Assembly (NCBI GenBank): GCA_040755855.1
Contig: JBFMAD010000001.1
Span: 128,001 to 192,000 of the forward strand
DNA: 64,000 nt
Source: Planctomycetota bacterium
GTDB lineage: Bacteria; Planctomycetota; Brocadiia; JAADGH01
Reading direction: 5' to 3'
This document shows, piece by piece, positions 9,467 to 23,118 of the stretch (position 1 is the stretch's first letter; each line of letters starts with the position of its first letter). Under the pieces are notes generated by a model. The model had not been told where the DNA came from and made no database searches. It saw nothing but the letters and a program-made list of their open reading frames with translations. The position numbers and the translations under genes are program-made.

Positions 9467-11038
9467 ATGAAACGGTCAATAGGCAAGGCGCTCAAAATCC
9501 TTATCATCCCCATTCTTTTCCTTGTCAATTACCCTATCCAGAAGGCCCTGGTGGGCGAATGGCAGGACAAGTTCGGCGGCGAGATGGTTTACCTGCCGTA
9601 CTGGAAGAGCTGGCTGGTGGATGAGCGCACGGCCTACCTCCTGACAGGCGTCGCGCTCCAATTCGAGAAAGCGAAAGGCCGATGGCCGGAGAACCTGCAA
9701 GAGATCAAGGACGCAGAGCTGATCCGCCAATTTCCACCCGAACCGGCCGGCGGCTGCTTCCGCTTCGACGCCAAACAGAAGCGGGTGGCGCTGGATTACG
9801 ACAAAGACACCGATCTCAAGCGCGAGCGCCAGGAGATTGTGTTTCAGTTGCTGTCCGCCGTGGATCGGTTTGAGGAGAAGTTCGGCCGCGCGCCGGCGGA
9901 CCTTGACGAGATGGTCGAGCGCGGAATCCTCGACAAGCTCCCGGAGGACCCGGGCGGCTGCGACCTCTGCCTCGACCCCTATCGCAAGGTGATCGGGCTG
10001 CAGTACGGCAAGTTTGTTCGCCGGGTGCAGTTCGGGTGGAACAACGTGGTGGCCGACTTGTTGTGGATTCGCGGCTTCCACTACGTCCAGGGCCAGTGGC
10101 AGCTCATCGAGGCCGGCCACAAGAAACCGACCGAGGGGTGGCACATGCAGTTGCCGGACCTCTATGAGGTGGTCACCGATCTCGATCCACATTTCATCCC
10201 AGCCTACCGCGGGGGTGCGGTGCTCGTCAGCGCACTTTCCAAGAGACCCCGGCAGTCCATACATCTCCTGGAGAAGGGGGTTCGCCATAATCCCCGGACC
10301 TATTGGGAGCTGCCGTATGAGCTGGCCTGCATCCTGCTCCTCGAAGTCGGAGATGAGGAACAGGCGCTCAAGTGGCTGAAGGAGGCCTCGGACCGGGATA
10401 GGTATCCGGAGGCGTCGCCCGTGGTGCTGCGGCTGCGCACATTTCTCGAGGCGAAGCATGACCGGTTCGACACGGCGATCCGCATATGGGAGCCCTGGCT
10501 GCAGAGCGACTCCCCGGTGTACCGCCAGGTGGCGGAGGAGCAGATCAGCCGAGTGCTGATGGGCATCATGAGAAAAAGACTGGCCGATGGCGTCAGGATC
10601 TACAAAGAGGCGAAGGGCCGCGAGATGAGCGATGAGGAGTTTGCGAAATTTGCGCCTCACGTAAAGAAGATGGTGGTGGATGAGTATGGGGAGAAGGCGT
10701 TCGAGGAGGCGGTCAAGACGGCTATGGAAACGGAATTTCAGCTCTGGCAGTTCGCGCGGTTTCGTCTCCCTGCGGGGGAGCCGTTGAAAAAGACCACGGC
10801 GCTGGGTCCGAGGCGGCGCGCGGCGCTGGCGGGGCTGCAGAAGGCGGTGGAGGAGTTCAAGCGGGGCAAGGGGGCGTGGCCCGGTGGTCTTGACGATCTT
10901 GTGAGGGAGAAGTTGATTGACAGGCTCCCTTCCCCGGTGGAGGGTGAGGAGTATTACCTGGAGATATATCCCAGATTTACCGCCCAGAAGAAAGCCCATG
11001 AGGCGGGGGAGCAGGAGGGGGGACCACAGGAGGACTGA
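9467..11038 (+). CDS. Membrane-anchored TPR protein (PilG/XapA-like) with three pseudopilin-G-like modules
   Basis: N-terminal TM; ADLLWIR...VTDLDPHF..AY...LLEKG..HNP..W TPR core; repeated F..GxxP..L..LV...L..LP.xP.G segments. Confidence 0.65.
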   Translation: MKRSIGKALKILIIPILFLVNYPIQKALVGEWQDKFGGEMVYLPYWKSWLVDERTAYLLTGVALQFEKAKGRWPENLQEIKDAELIRQFPPEPAGGCFRFDAKQKRVALDYDKDTDLKRERQEIVFQLLSAVDRFEEKFGRAPADLDEMVERGILDKLPEDPGGCDLCLDPYRKVIGLQYGKFVRRVQFGWNNVVADLLWIRGFHYVQGQWQLIEAGHKKPTEGWHMQLPDLYEVVTDLDPHFIPAYRGGAVLVSALSKRPRQSIHLLEKGVRHNPRTYWELPYELACILLLEVGDEEQALKWLKEASDRDRYPEASPVVLRLRTFLEAKHDRFDTAIRIWEPWLQSDSPVYRQVAEEQISRVLMGIMRKRLADGVRIYKEAKGREMSDEEFAKFAPHVKKMVVDEYGEKAFEEAVKTAMETEFQLWQFARFRLPAGEPLKKTTALGPRRRAALAGLQKAVEEFKRGKGAWPGGLDDLVREKLIDRLPSPVEGEEYYLEIYPRFTAQKKAHEAGEQEGGPQED

Positions 11039-11093
11039 GGGGGCAAGGCGACTCCTCTGCTGTTGGGGCGGAGGTTGCCCGCCTTTATTGCAT

Positions 11094-11124
11094 AAAAAAC
11101 CCCGGCGCGCGTTGCGCGCCGGGG
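11094..11124 (-). terminator. rrn operon intrinsic terminator
   Basis: CCCCGGCGCGC-AAC-GCGCGCCGGGG-UUUUUU immediately downstream of 5S. Confidence 0.85.
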
Positions 11125-11134
11125 CGTAAAAGAA

Positions 11135-11243
11135 TCCGGCGATGACCTACTCTCGCGGCTGAGCCACTACCATCGGCGCAGAGGGCTTAACTACCGTGTT
11201 CGGGATGGGGACGGGTGTGGCCCCTCTGCTTTGGTCACCGGAA
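11135..11243 (-). rRNA. rrf: 5S rRNA (short, ~109 nt)
   Basis: Reverse complement has CCCGTCCCCATCCCGAACACGGTAGTTAAG and GAGAGTAGGTCATCGCCGGA; shortened helix IV. Confidence 0.97.
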
Positions 11244-11295
11244 AGGGGGATGAATAGCGTAGGGTTTGGTTCTGCGCAGAGCGTCGGAATATTGA

Positions 11296-14313
<3,018 letters not shown>

Positions 14314-14382
14314 TCAATAGTTCGACGCTCTGTAGTCAGAACCAGTGAAATCTCACAATGATGATTTCACCGCTACACTATT

Positions 14383-14399
14383 CAGTTTTCAAAGAACAA
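14383..14399 (-). promoter_or_regulatory. boxA antitermination element (ITS)
   Basis: TGTTCTTTGAAAACTG upstream of 23S. Confidence 0.7.
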
Positions 14400-14576
14400 A
14401 CCTTGGGCGACAAAAAAGCCCAAAGCGAAGGGTCAACATCTTCTTACGCCGGCCCTCCGCTTTGGACTTCTTCGATCCGCGCGAAGGACCTATTCAGGTC
14501 GAATAGGCTCGCATAACCCCTTAAGACTCCTAATGAATCATCTTCTTCGCCCCGCCCCACGCGGCGCGCCACATCC

Positions 14577-14652
14577 TGGTGGAGACGAGCGGGCTCGAAC
14601 CGCCAACCCCCAGCTTGCAAAGCTGGTGCTCTCCCAGTTGAGCTACGTCCCC
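14577..14652 (-). tRNA. tRNA-Ala(TGC)
   Basis: GGGGACGTAGCTCAACTGG...TTTGCAA...GGTTCGAG...TCCACCA, 76 nt with encoded CCA. Confidence 0.97.
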
Positions 14653-14659
14653 AGCAACC

Positions 14660-14718
14660 GATTGCGGATTGAATATCTTCTCAAGCCCAGAATCCAAAAT
14701 CCGCAATCCCCAATCGAA
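14660..14718. repeat. Heptamer tandem repeat (AATCnnn)x4 plus an inverted copy, between the two tRNAs
   Basis: AATCCAA AATCCGC AATCCCC AATCGAA at 14691-14718; GATTGCGGATT at 14660. Confidence 0.6.
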
Positions 14719-14720
14719 AC

Positions 14721-14797
14721 TGGTGGGCCTAAGTGGGCTCGAACCACTCACCTCGCGCTTATCAGGCGCGCGCTCTAACCATCTGAGCTATAGGCCC
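14721..14797 (-). tRNA. tRNA-Ile(GAT)
   Basis: GGGCCTATAGCTCAGATGG...CTGATAA...GGTTCGAG...CCCACCA, 77 nt. Confidence 0.97.
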
Positions 14798-14925
14798 ATG
14801 GGCTCGGCCTGCGCGCCCGAACGCGCTCTCCCGTCGCAAAATCTACAATTGAGGAAGCCAACCGTGAGGCTGTGCTGATCTCCAGGCGCCGCGTCGCCGC
14901 AGACGCCTGTTCTAGTATTCCCTAG

Positions 14926-16484
<1,559 letters not shown>

Positions 16485-16600
16485 ATTTAGAAGGTTGCAC
16501 AAACATCCTGTTGTATGTAAGGATGTTGGATTCTTTTATCTACCCGCAGACCGTGCAAAGCTCCACGGGCAGATCCCACATCCTCACGGCTTAGGCTTCC

Positions 16601-16617
16601 CAATTGTCAAAGAGCGT
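16601..16617 (-). promoter_or_regulatory. boxA (rrn leader)
   Basis: GCTCTTTGACAATTG. Confidence 0.7.
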
Positions 16618-16723
16618 AACCGACCGTTCTCTGCGCCTCCCCTCTGCACAGACAGGTCGGAAGGTTTCTTCTCTCATTACCTCTCCGGAAAGGGCTTATT
16701 CCTATCCCTCACCGGTATTCACT

Positions 16724-16752
16724 ATATTATCACGCCCTCTCCACCTTGTCAA
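16724..16752 (-). promoter_or_regulatory. rrn promoter
   Basis: TTGACA-17 bp-TAATAT with AT-rich UP-like sequence upstream. Confidence 0.75.
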
Positions 16753-16825
16753 GCAAAACTTAGAAAGTATTTTACAACCCCTAATAAATCCAATACTTGC
16801 GACAACAAAATCTTTTTCCGCCCCC

Positions 16826-17827
16826 TCAAATCCCTGCCCCAATCCCTCGCAATTCCCCGCCCTCCAAATACACTCCTATGTTCCGATACTTCTGATATCG
16901 CTGCTCCAGCAGCCTCTTCATCGGCACCTTCTTCATCTCCGCCACGTTCCGACGAATCGCCTCCCCAAGCGCCCGCGCCGCCCCCTCCGTGTCCCGGTGT
17001 GCACCCCCAAGCGGTTCCTTCACAATCTCGTCAATTATCCCAAACTTGATCAGCTCCTCCGGCACCAACTTGAACGCCGCCGCCGCGTCCTCCCAGTGCT
17101 CCCGGCTCCGCCACAATATCGCCGCGCACCCCTCCGGCGTGATCACCGAATAGTAAGAGTTCTCCAGCATCAGCACCCGATCCCCCTGGCCGATCCCCAG
17201 CGCCCCCCCGCTCGCCCCCTCACCGATAATCACACAAACAATCGGCGTCCGAAGATTCGCCATCGCGTAAAGATTCTCCGCGATTGACTGCGCAATCCCC
17301 CGCTCCTCCGCCCCGATCCCCGGAAAGGCCCCCGCCGTGTCCATGAACGTGACGACCGGCAGCTTAAACTTCTCCGCCATCTGCATCTTCAGCAGCGCCT
17401 TCCGAAATCCTTCCGGATGGGGCATCCCGAAGTTGCACGCAATCCGATCCTTCGTCGTTCGTCCCTTGCGCTGGCCGATCACCATCACCCGGTCGCCATT
17501 CAGTTTCCCAAGACCGCACACCACCGCCTTGTCTTCGCCGAAGCGTCGGTCCCCGCACAGCTCCACAAAGTCCTCGAACAGCAGGCTGATGTATGTGCTC
17601 GCCACCGGTCGCTGCGGATGCCGCGCCACCAGCACCCGATCGCACGGACGAAGGCTCGCAAAGACCTCCCGCGTCCGGTCCTCCTTCGCACGACCGAGCT
17701 GCTCCACGTGCCCCCCCACATCCAGCCCGCTCTCCTCGCCGAAGGCCCGAAGCCTCTCCATCCGCTCGTTGAGCTCCTTCACGTCCTCCTCAAACGGCAG
17801 CCATTGGATGGTTGACGCGCGCGCCAT
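16826..17827 (-). CDS. accA: Acetyl-CoA carboxylase carboxyltransferase alpha subunit
   Basis: LPFE, ARHPQRP, GDRRFGED, NFGMPHPEGFRKA, DTAGAFPGIGAEERG, GEGASGGAL, YSVITPEGCAAILW. Confidence 0.98.
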   Translation of the reverse strand: MARASTIQWLPFEEDVKELNERMERLRAFGEESGLDVGGHVEQLGRAKEDRTREVFASLRPCDRVLVARHPQRPVASTYISLLFEDFVELCGDRRFGEDKAVVCGLGKLNGDRVMVIGQRKGRTTKDRIACNFGMPHPEGFRKALLKMQMAEKFKLPVVTFMDTAGAFPGIGAEERGIAQSIAENLYAMANLRTPIVCVIIGEGASGGALGIGQGDRVLMLENSYYSVITPEGCAAILWRSREHWEDAAAAFKLVPEELIKFGIIDEIVKEPLGGAHRDTEGAARALGEAIRRNVAEMKKVPMKRLLEQRYQKYRNIGVYLEGGELRGIGAGI

Positions 17828-18176
17828 CTATCTCTCCTGAACAACCCGCAGACGAATCCAATCCGCAGTACATCATCTTACCACAACCCTCCCCAAAATC
17901 AAGCCCTCTCACAACGGCATCGCCACGAACGAAAGGGGGCAGACGCAGAAATTGGATTCGATTCCGCCATGCCGCAGAGGGCACAATGAACCCGCGCTCA
18001 TCAGAAAGGACCGCCCCATGCGACGAACTGCGGGACTCGTCTTCGTCCGAGCTCACGGGAAGACGGGCAATGAACTCAACCGGAGCTGAAGAAGTGAGCA
18101 CGGAGAGCAAATCGCCCTGGCTCCGCTCCCGAAATCGCACCCTTCATGCCGTCGGATATCTGTCGCAATCCAAATC

Positions 18177-20894
18177 CTACCGCTCCGCCACGACCATGCA
18201 GTGAATGTCCAGCCTCGGAATCCGCACGGTCGGGCCGTCGCCCGTTGACCGCGCCTCAAGCCGCGTCTTGCCAGGCACGAGGAGGAAGCGGCTGAACGTC
18301 TTGTCGCGGAAGGTGACCTCGATGTCGTGGATAGGCAGCACCTCGCGGCGGGTGTAGAGCGACTCGCCGGCCACGCACTGCGACCGGCCCGTGGAGGAGA
18401 TGTCGTTCAAGAGATGCACCACGAGGCGGTCCCCCTGCACGTGCGTCATGGCCTGGACGATCGTCGGGGCCTTCACCTCCACCGGCGGCGGGGCGGAGGC
18501 GGTCTCGCGCAGGGCCAGCTCGATGATCCGCCCCAGGTACTCATGCCCGTATCGGAAGAAGGACCACGTGATGTCGCACGGGAAGTAGATCACCTTGCCT
18601 TTGCCTAAGGTCGCCTCGATGACGGCGACGTGGTTGGTCTGCTCCATCTTCTCGGTCTTTCGATCGAAGCGCGCGGTGGTGAGGCGCATGGGCGACGGCG
18701 TCCCTTCCGCCGGCTCCACGAGCAGCATCCGGCAGTGCACGGGCACGTGGCGGGTGAGGGAGGATTCGGGCCGGGTCACGCTTCGGAGCGAGAGGGTCTT
18801 CATGATGACTGGATCGTCGCCCCATCGGTGCGATTCGGGGAAATAGAGGTGCGCGTTGTGCGTAGTGCGAACCTCCCAGCTCACACGCATCGCATGGTTG
18901 TCAAACTCCCCCACCTTCTTCGCCTTCAGCAGATCGGCAAGGCCGAATGTCTCCCTCGGACGGGCGTGCTCATCATAGAGAGACGTCTCGTATGTGGCGA
19001 CCAGCCCGCCGCCGTTCTGCACGAACTTCCGCACGGTCTCCATCTCCTTGTCCGACAGGGCCGCGCAGTTGGGCATGAAGAGGACCTTGTGGTCTTCGAG
19101 GGTCCCCTCCTCCAACTCGCGGTCGGTGACGAGCGAGACAGGAAGGTGTCGTTCCAGCATGGCCTGATAGGCCCCATAGACGCCCTTGACGTAGCGGTCC
19201 TTGGGATTGTCACGGCCGTACCACAGTTCCGTCTTCTCCGACATGACGAGGCCGCACCAGGGATAGAGTTTGTCGTTCTTGAAGTACTCATCCCGCTCGG
19301 CGATCTCGGCCATGTAGGTTTTCATCGTATCGCGTCCCGGCACGGAGTGCGCGGCGACGGCGCCGTTTGTCATCATGGTCATCACGCGGATGCGCGGCTC
19401 CAGGGGCGGGGCGGGCATCCACCCCGGTATGGAACAGGCCCCCCACATGAAGGCGCGTTTGCGCTTGCACAGACCGGCGAGGTGCCAGTTCATGAAGTTA
19501 TGCCGGGCGGGGAAGGCGAAGAAGGATTGATCAACGGTGTCATACCAGCCGGTTTCCTCGAGCAGCCCGTCCACATTTTCGATTACACGGATTGAGTTGC
19601 GGATGTTGTGCGGTTCCTTGTAGGAAGTGCGATAAGCCCATGCGTTCCAAGTATTTACGACCAACACGGCCTCGGGGTTGGCCAACTTGATGGCCCTGTT
19701 GAAATCGAGCATGGCCTCCTCGATGGAGCGATACTTGAAATCCACCCACTGCTGCCAGAGCAGGCTGGCGAAGTCCTCCTTGACCGGCGGCTCCTGGCCG
19801 GTGAGCTTGCGGAACTTCTCCTTGCATGCGTCGCAGTAACATTCCTGCCCCCGAGCGTGGAACATGTCGAAGAAGATCCCGTCGGCGCCCACTTCCTTGA
19901 CCAGCTCGACGATGCGGTTCCTCACCAACTCCCGATAGGCGGCGTTGTTCACGCAGTAGTACTGCGTGGGCTTCCCCTGCGCGTTGACGCATCGCCACTC
20001 GGGATGTTCCTCGCCAACGCACTTCGGCTCGCGCTGGGCCCAGTAGTAGGGCAGGTATCGGATGCCGTGCTTGTGACAGAGGGCCGTCACCTCGCGCGTG
20101 CCGTCGCGGTCGGGTTCGACGTCCTCGAAGCCGCCGTTGGTAATAGGCTGAGGCTCTTTTCCAAGATACTGCACATCGTCAATGAGCAGTTCAGCCGCCT
20201 CTCCGCCGATGAAGCACGAGGTATGCACCCATTTCACCTTCGGGTTGTTCGTGTAATCATACGGGATGGTGGCATGATGCCACTGGCCGTCGCCGATGTG
20301 CTCGGCGGGAATCTGGACGCCGCTTCGCTGCGAGCCGGTATTCTCCACCCCATCCGAGGAAATCGGCGCAATGCCCAGCCATAACGTTGCGTTGGTCGCG
20401 CTCTTCACCTTGTACCAATAAGACACCTTGCCGCTGAGCAGATCGAGCATGGCGCCCTGCTCGCCGCCTCGGTATTTCCATCTTCGATTGAGATAGGTTT
20501 GCTGTCGGTCTTTCGTGTGAATCAATCTGAGGCAGCGCTTGCCGGAATGGACATCCCCCTCCGCCGCGTCGCCTCCCACGATCTGCCAGTCAATCAGTTT
20601 CCCCTTCATCGCCGAGTCAATCTCGCCGTACTTGCTTCGCCATCCGAGACCATCCCAGCCTTCGCCGCTGTGGCATCGGGAGAACATCATCTGCACGCCC
20701 GCCGCGGCGAAATCCTCGATCACCTTCTCCGGCCAGTCCTCCATGACGCGGGTGTTCGGCAGGTCGGTGTAGGCGACGCGGGTGATGTCGTAGAGCCACT
20801 TGGGGGTGGGGGGACATGCATCATCGGCGGCGATCCATGTGCATAATACCGGGATGCAAGCAATGATCGTGAGCTGAGTCGGCTTTTGCATCAT
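18177..20894 (-). CDS. Secreted putative glycoside hydrolase (GHL6/GH42-like TIM barrel, inserted CBM-like domain, GH42M-like trimerisation domain)
   Basis: Signal peptide; GIFFDMF, CYCDAC; LFMPNCAALSD...FVQNGGGLVATYETSLYDE class-I GATase-like domain. Confidence 0.7.
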   Translation of the reverse strand: MMQKPTQLTIIACIPVLCTWIAADDACPPTPKWLYDITRVAYTDLPNTRVMEDWPEKVIEDFAAAGVQMMFSRCHSGEGWDGLGWRSKYGEIDSAMKGKLIDWQIVGGDAAEGDVHSGKRCLRLIHTKDRQQTYLNRRWKYRGGEQGAMLDLLSGKVSYWYKVKSATNATLWLGIAPISSDGVENTGSQRSGVQIPAEHIGDGQWHHATIPYDYTNNPKVKWVHTSCFIGGEAAELLIDDVQYLGKEPQPITNGGFEDVEPDRDGTREVTALCHKHGIRYLPYYWAQREPKCVGEEHPEWRCVNAQGKPTQYYCVNNAAYRELVRNRIVELVKEVGADGIFFDMFHARGQECYCDACKEKFRKLTGQEPPVKEDFASLLWQQWVDFKYRSIEEAMLDFNRAIKLANPEAVLVVNTWNAWAYRTSYKEPHNIRNSIRVIENVDGLLEETGWYDTVDQSFFAFPARHNFMNWHLAGLCKRKRAFMWGACSIPGWMPAPPLEPRIRVMTMMTNGAVAAHSVPGRDTMKTYMAEIAERDEYFKNDKLYPWCGLVMSEKTELWYGRDNPKDRYVKGVYGAYQAMLERHLPVSLVTDRELEEGTLEDHKVLFMPNCAALSDKEMETVRKFVQNGGGLVATYETSLYDEHARPRETFGLADLLKAKKVGEFDNHAMRVSWEVRTTHNAHLYFPESHRWGDDPVIMKTLSLRSVTRPESSLTRHVPVHCRMLLVEPAEGTPSPMRLTTARFDRKTEKMEQTNHVAVIEATLGKGKVIYFPCDITWSFFRYGHEYLGRIIELALRETASAPPPVEVKAPTIVQAMTHVQGDRLVVHLLNDISSTGRSQCVAGESLYTRREVLPIHDIEVTFRDKTFSRFLLVPGKTRLEARSTGDGPTVRIPRLDIHCMVVAER

Positions 20895-21000
20895 TTCCTC
20901 CTACCATTGAAGGACGAGACCCTTGCGGTCCAGGCGAAAAACTTGTTCATGTGCCCCGTGAAGCATCACCATTTGAGCATAGGGCGGCATGGGAATCAAA

Positions 21001-21960
21001 TCAGAAACGGGGCAACGGCGAGGAGACGCGGATTTTCAGAGTGGTCAGGACTCCGCAGTGGTCGGAGACCCACCATCCGTCGCTGTTGAAGACCACATCG
21101 CTCCGCTCGATGCGGATGGACTCGCCCTTCACAAAAATGAAATCAATCCTGCGCGGGTCGCCCACATATCCTTTGCAGTGGGGATTGCCGGGCAGGTTGA
21201 ACGTGTGACCGGGTGAAGAAGTTGCTGCCGCCGCGTAGCTGTCCGCCCACGCGGCCGACAATTGCTGGTAGGCATCCGTCGTCGGCGTGGTGTTCATGTC
21301 GCCGCCTACGATGACGACCTCCGCGGGGTGTTCCTTACCGAAGTTCTCGACGAACTGAATAAGATCCCGAACTTGGCGGATTCTATCGCCCTGACTGCCG
21401 CCGGAAGACAAATGCACCGAAAATAAATTCACGCGGCCCATCGGAGTGCTCGTGCTCAGCCCCACCACGCGCTTGCGTCCCGGCAGGGGGAAATCGTCGA
21501 ACCAATCCCCCGTCCGGCACTCGAGACCATTGCCGTCGGAGGACAGGACATCCGCCCGCGTCAGCACCCCGACGCGGAATACCAGAAAATTCGGAACGCC
21601 GAAACACGGCTCGCTGCGCACATAGTAACGCAGGCCCTTCGCCCCCAGCCTGGCCGCGAGGTCGCCGATGCTGTCCATCGTCCCGACCGTGACGCCGGAA
21701 CATCCCTCCTGCAAGAGGAGCGCGTCAATCGGTTCGCCGGCATCGTGTCTGGACTTGACTAACTCGGCTATCCTTTCCAGACGTTCCTCGCGCCCCGCGA
21801 CGGGCGACTTCTGCATCAGGTTCAGAGTCAGTACACGCAACCGATGTTCGCCATGGACCACAGGAACGTCCGGACGTTTGGCGCTTGTACAGGACGCAAG
21901 GATCAATGTAACAAGCGCCAGCCGGAAAGACTTCGCACGGGGTTTCACGTGTTGCACCAT
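21001..21960 (-). CDS. Endonuclease/exonuclease/phosphatase family lipoprotein
   Basis: LAS-C lipobox; TLN, LQE, VHL, GGDMN, RIDFIF and SDH motifs; start approximate. Confidence 0.88.
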   Translation of the reverse strand: MVQHVKPRAKSFRLALVTLILASCTSAKRPDVPVVHGEHRLRVLTLNLMQKSPVAGREERLERIAELVKSRHDAGEPIDALLLQEGCSGVTVGTMDSIGDLAARLGAKGLRYYVRSEPCFGVPNFLVFRVGVLTRADVLSSDGNGLECRTGDWFDDFPLPGRKRVVGLSTSTPMGRVNLFSVHLSSGGSQGDRIRQVRDLIQFVENFGKEHPAEVVIVGGDMNTTPTTDAYQQLSAAWADSYAAAATSSPGHTFNLPGNPHCKGYVGDPRRIDFIFVKGESIRIERSDVVFNSDGWWVSDHCGVLTTLKIRVSSPLPRF

Positions 21961-21965
21961 CTGCC

Positions 21966-23090
21966 CTATTGCGGCGTTGGCCGCCCAAACACCCGCTTCG
22001 CCACGGCGATCCATCGCTCCACCTGCGCGATGTCGTCGGCCATGTCGTCGTTGACCTTCTCGATGGCCTGGGCGACGACGTTGTAGGAGCGGCCCCGGCA
22101 GAGAGCGACGATGCGGCGGAGGTCGCGCTCCATCTTCTCCTCGTCGGCAAGAAGGACCTCGGTGTTGAGGATGGAGATGTATAAGTGCTTGTCGGGCGGG
22201 ATGTTGCGACAGGTAGCCTCCAGGTCGGTCCAGTGGTTCACCTCGTGCGCCGGCAGCGTCTTCAGGCGCAGGAGCATCTTCTGCACGGGAACCTTGTTGC
22301 CGCAGGAGTGGACGTTCACGATCTTGCCGTGATACTTCTCTAATTCCAGGTAATACGGCAGGACGAAGTCTTCGAACATCGCCGGCGTGATGAAGGGCAC
22401 GTTGATCCAGTCGTCCGAGATGCCGGCGGTTCGGTCGGTCTTCCCGAAGTGCTTACAGTAGGCGTCCCACCAACGCATGCGCTCCTCGATGAGGTAGTCC
22501 ATCAGGTCGTGCACGAAGGCCGGACGCTCGATGGTGTCCATGATGAACTGTTCGTATCCGCGGAGCTGGATCGCCATGTCCAGCGGCCCACGCTGCCACG
22601 TGGGGAACGTGACGGTGAGGCGGTCCTTCGACAACCGCTGCAGATCTTCGTAAAGGCGAAACACCTGCGGCATCTCGCCGCTCGTGGTGAAGTCGTGCAA
22701 CGTCAGGAGACCCAGGTCGGGCTTCTTCGTCAGGGGGTGATCGTCCTGGATGATCGGCACGCCGTCGGGCTGGTGCCGGACGCTCATGCCGACAACAGTG
22801 TATTCAAAGTACATACCCCTTGATGCGCTGACGTTGGGCGCAACCACGGTGTCGTCGTCGAAGTGGTCCAGGTGGAAGAGCTTCTGCCTGAGCTGGATCT
22901 GGAGGTTGAACTCGGATTCCCCGTAGAACCGGTTCATGTCATACCCGAACCACTGCGCCCAGCCGAGGTTCTCCAGGAATGTCGTGAACCGCGGGCTGGG
23001 GACATTTTTCTTGGCCTGATGTCGTGGATCGGCGATTCGATCCAGCAGCGTGCCGATCAGACGATCAACACTCTCATCCTGAATTTTCAT
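21966..23090 (-). CDS. Uroporphyrinogen decarboxylase/MtaA-like methyltransferase superfamily protein
   Basis: GPLDMAIQLRGYEQF..D...P..VH.LM, ISDD, FITP.MFE.FVLPY, HSCG. Confidence 0.8.
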   Translation of the reverse strand: MKIQDESVDRLIGTLLDRIADPRHQAKKNVPSPRFTTFLENLGWAQWFGYDMNRFYGESEFNLQIQLRQKLFHLDHFDDDTVVAPNVSASRGMYFEYTVVGMSVRHQPDGVPIIQDDHPLTKKPDLGLLTLHDFTTSGEMPQVFRLYEDLQRLSKDRLTVTFPTWQRGPLDMAIQLRGYEQFIMDTIERPAFVHDLMDYLIEERMRWWDAYCKHFGKTDRTAGISDDWINVPFITPAMFEDFVLPYYLELEKYHGKIVNVHSCGNKVPVQKMLLRLKTLPAHEVNHWTDLEATCRNIPPDKHLYISILNTEVLLADEEKMERDLRRIVALCRGRSYNVVAQAIEKVNDDMADDIAQVERWIAVAKRVFGRPTPQ

Positions 23091-23118
23091 GGAACGATCT
23101 CGTTTCTATGTTCGTACC

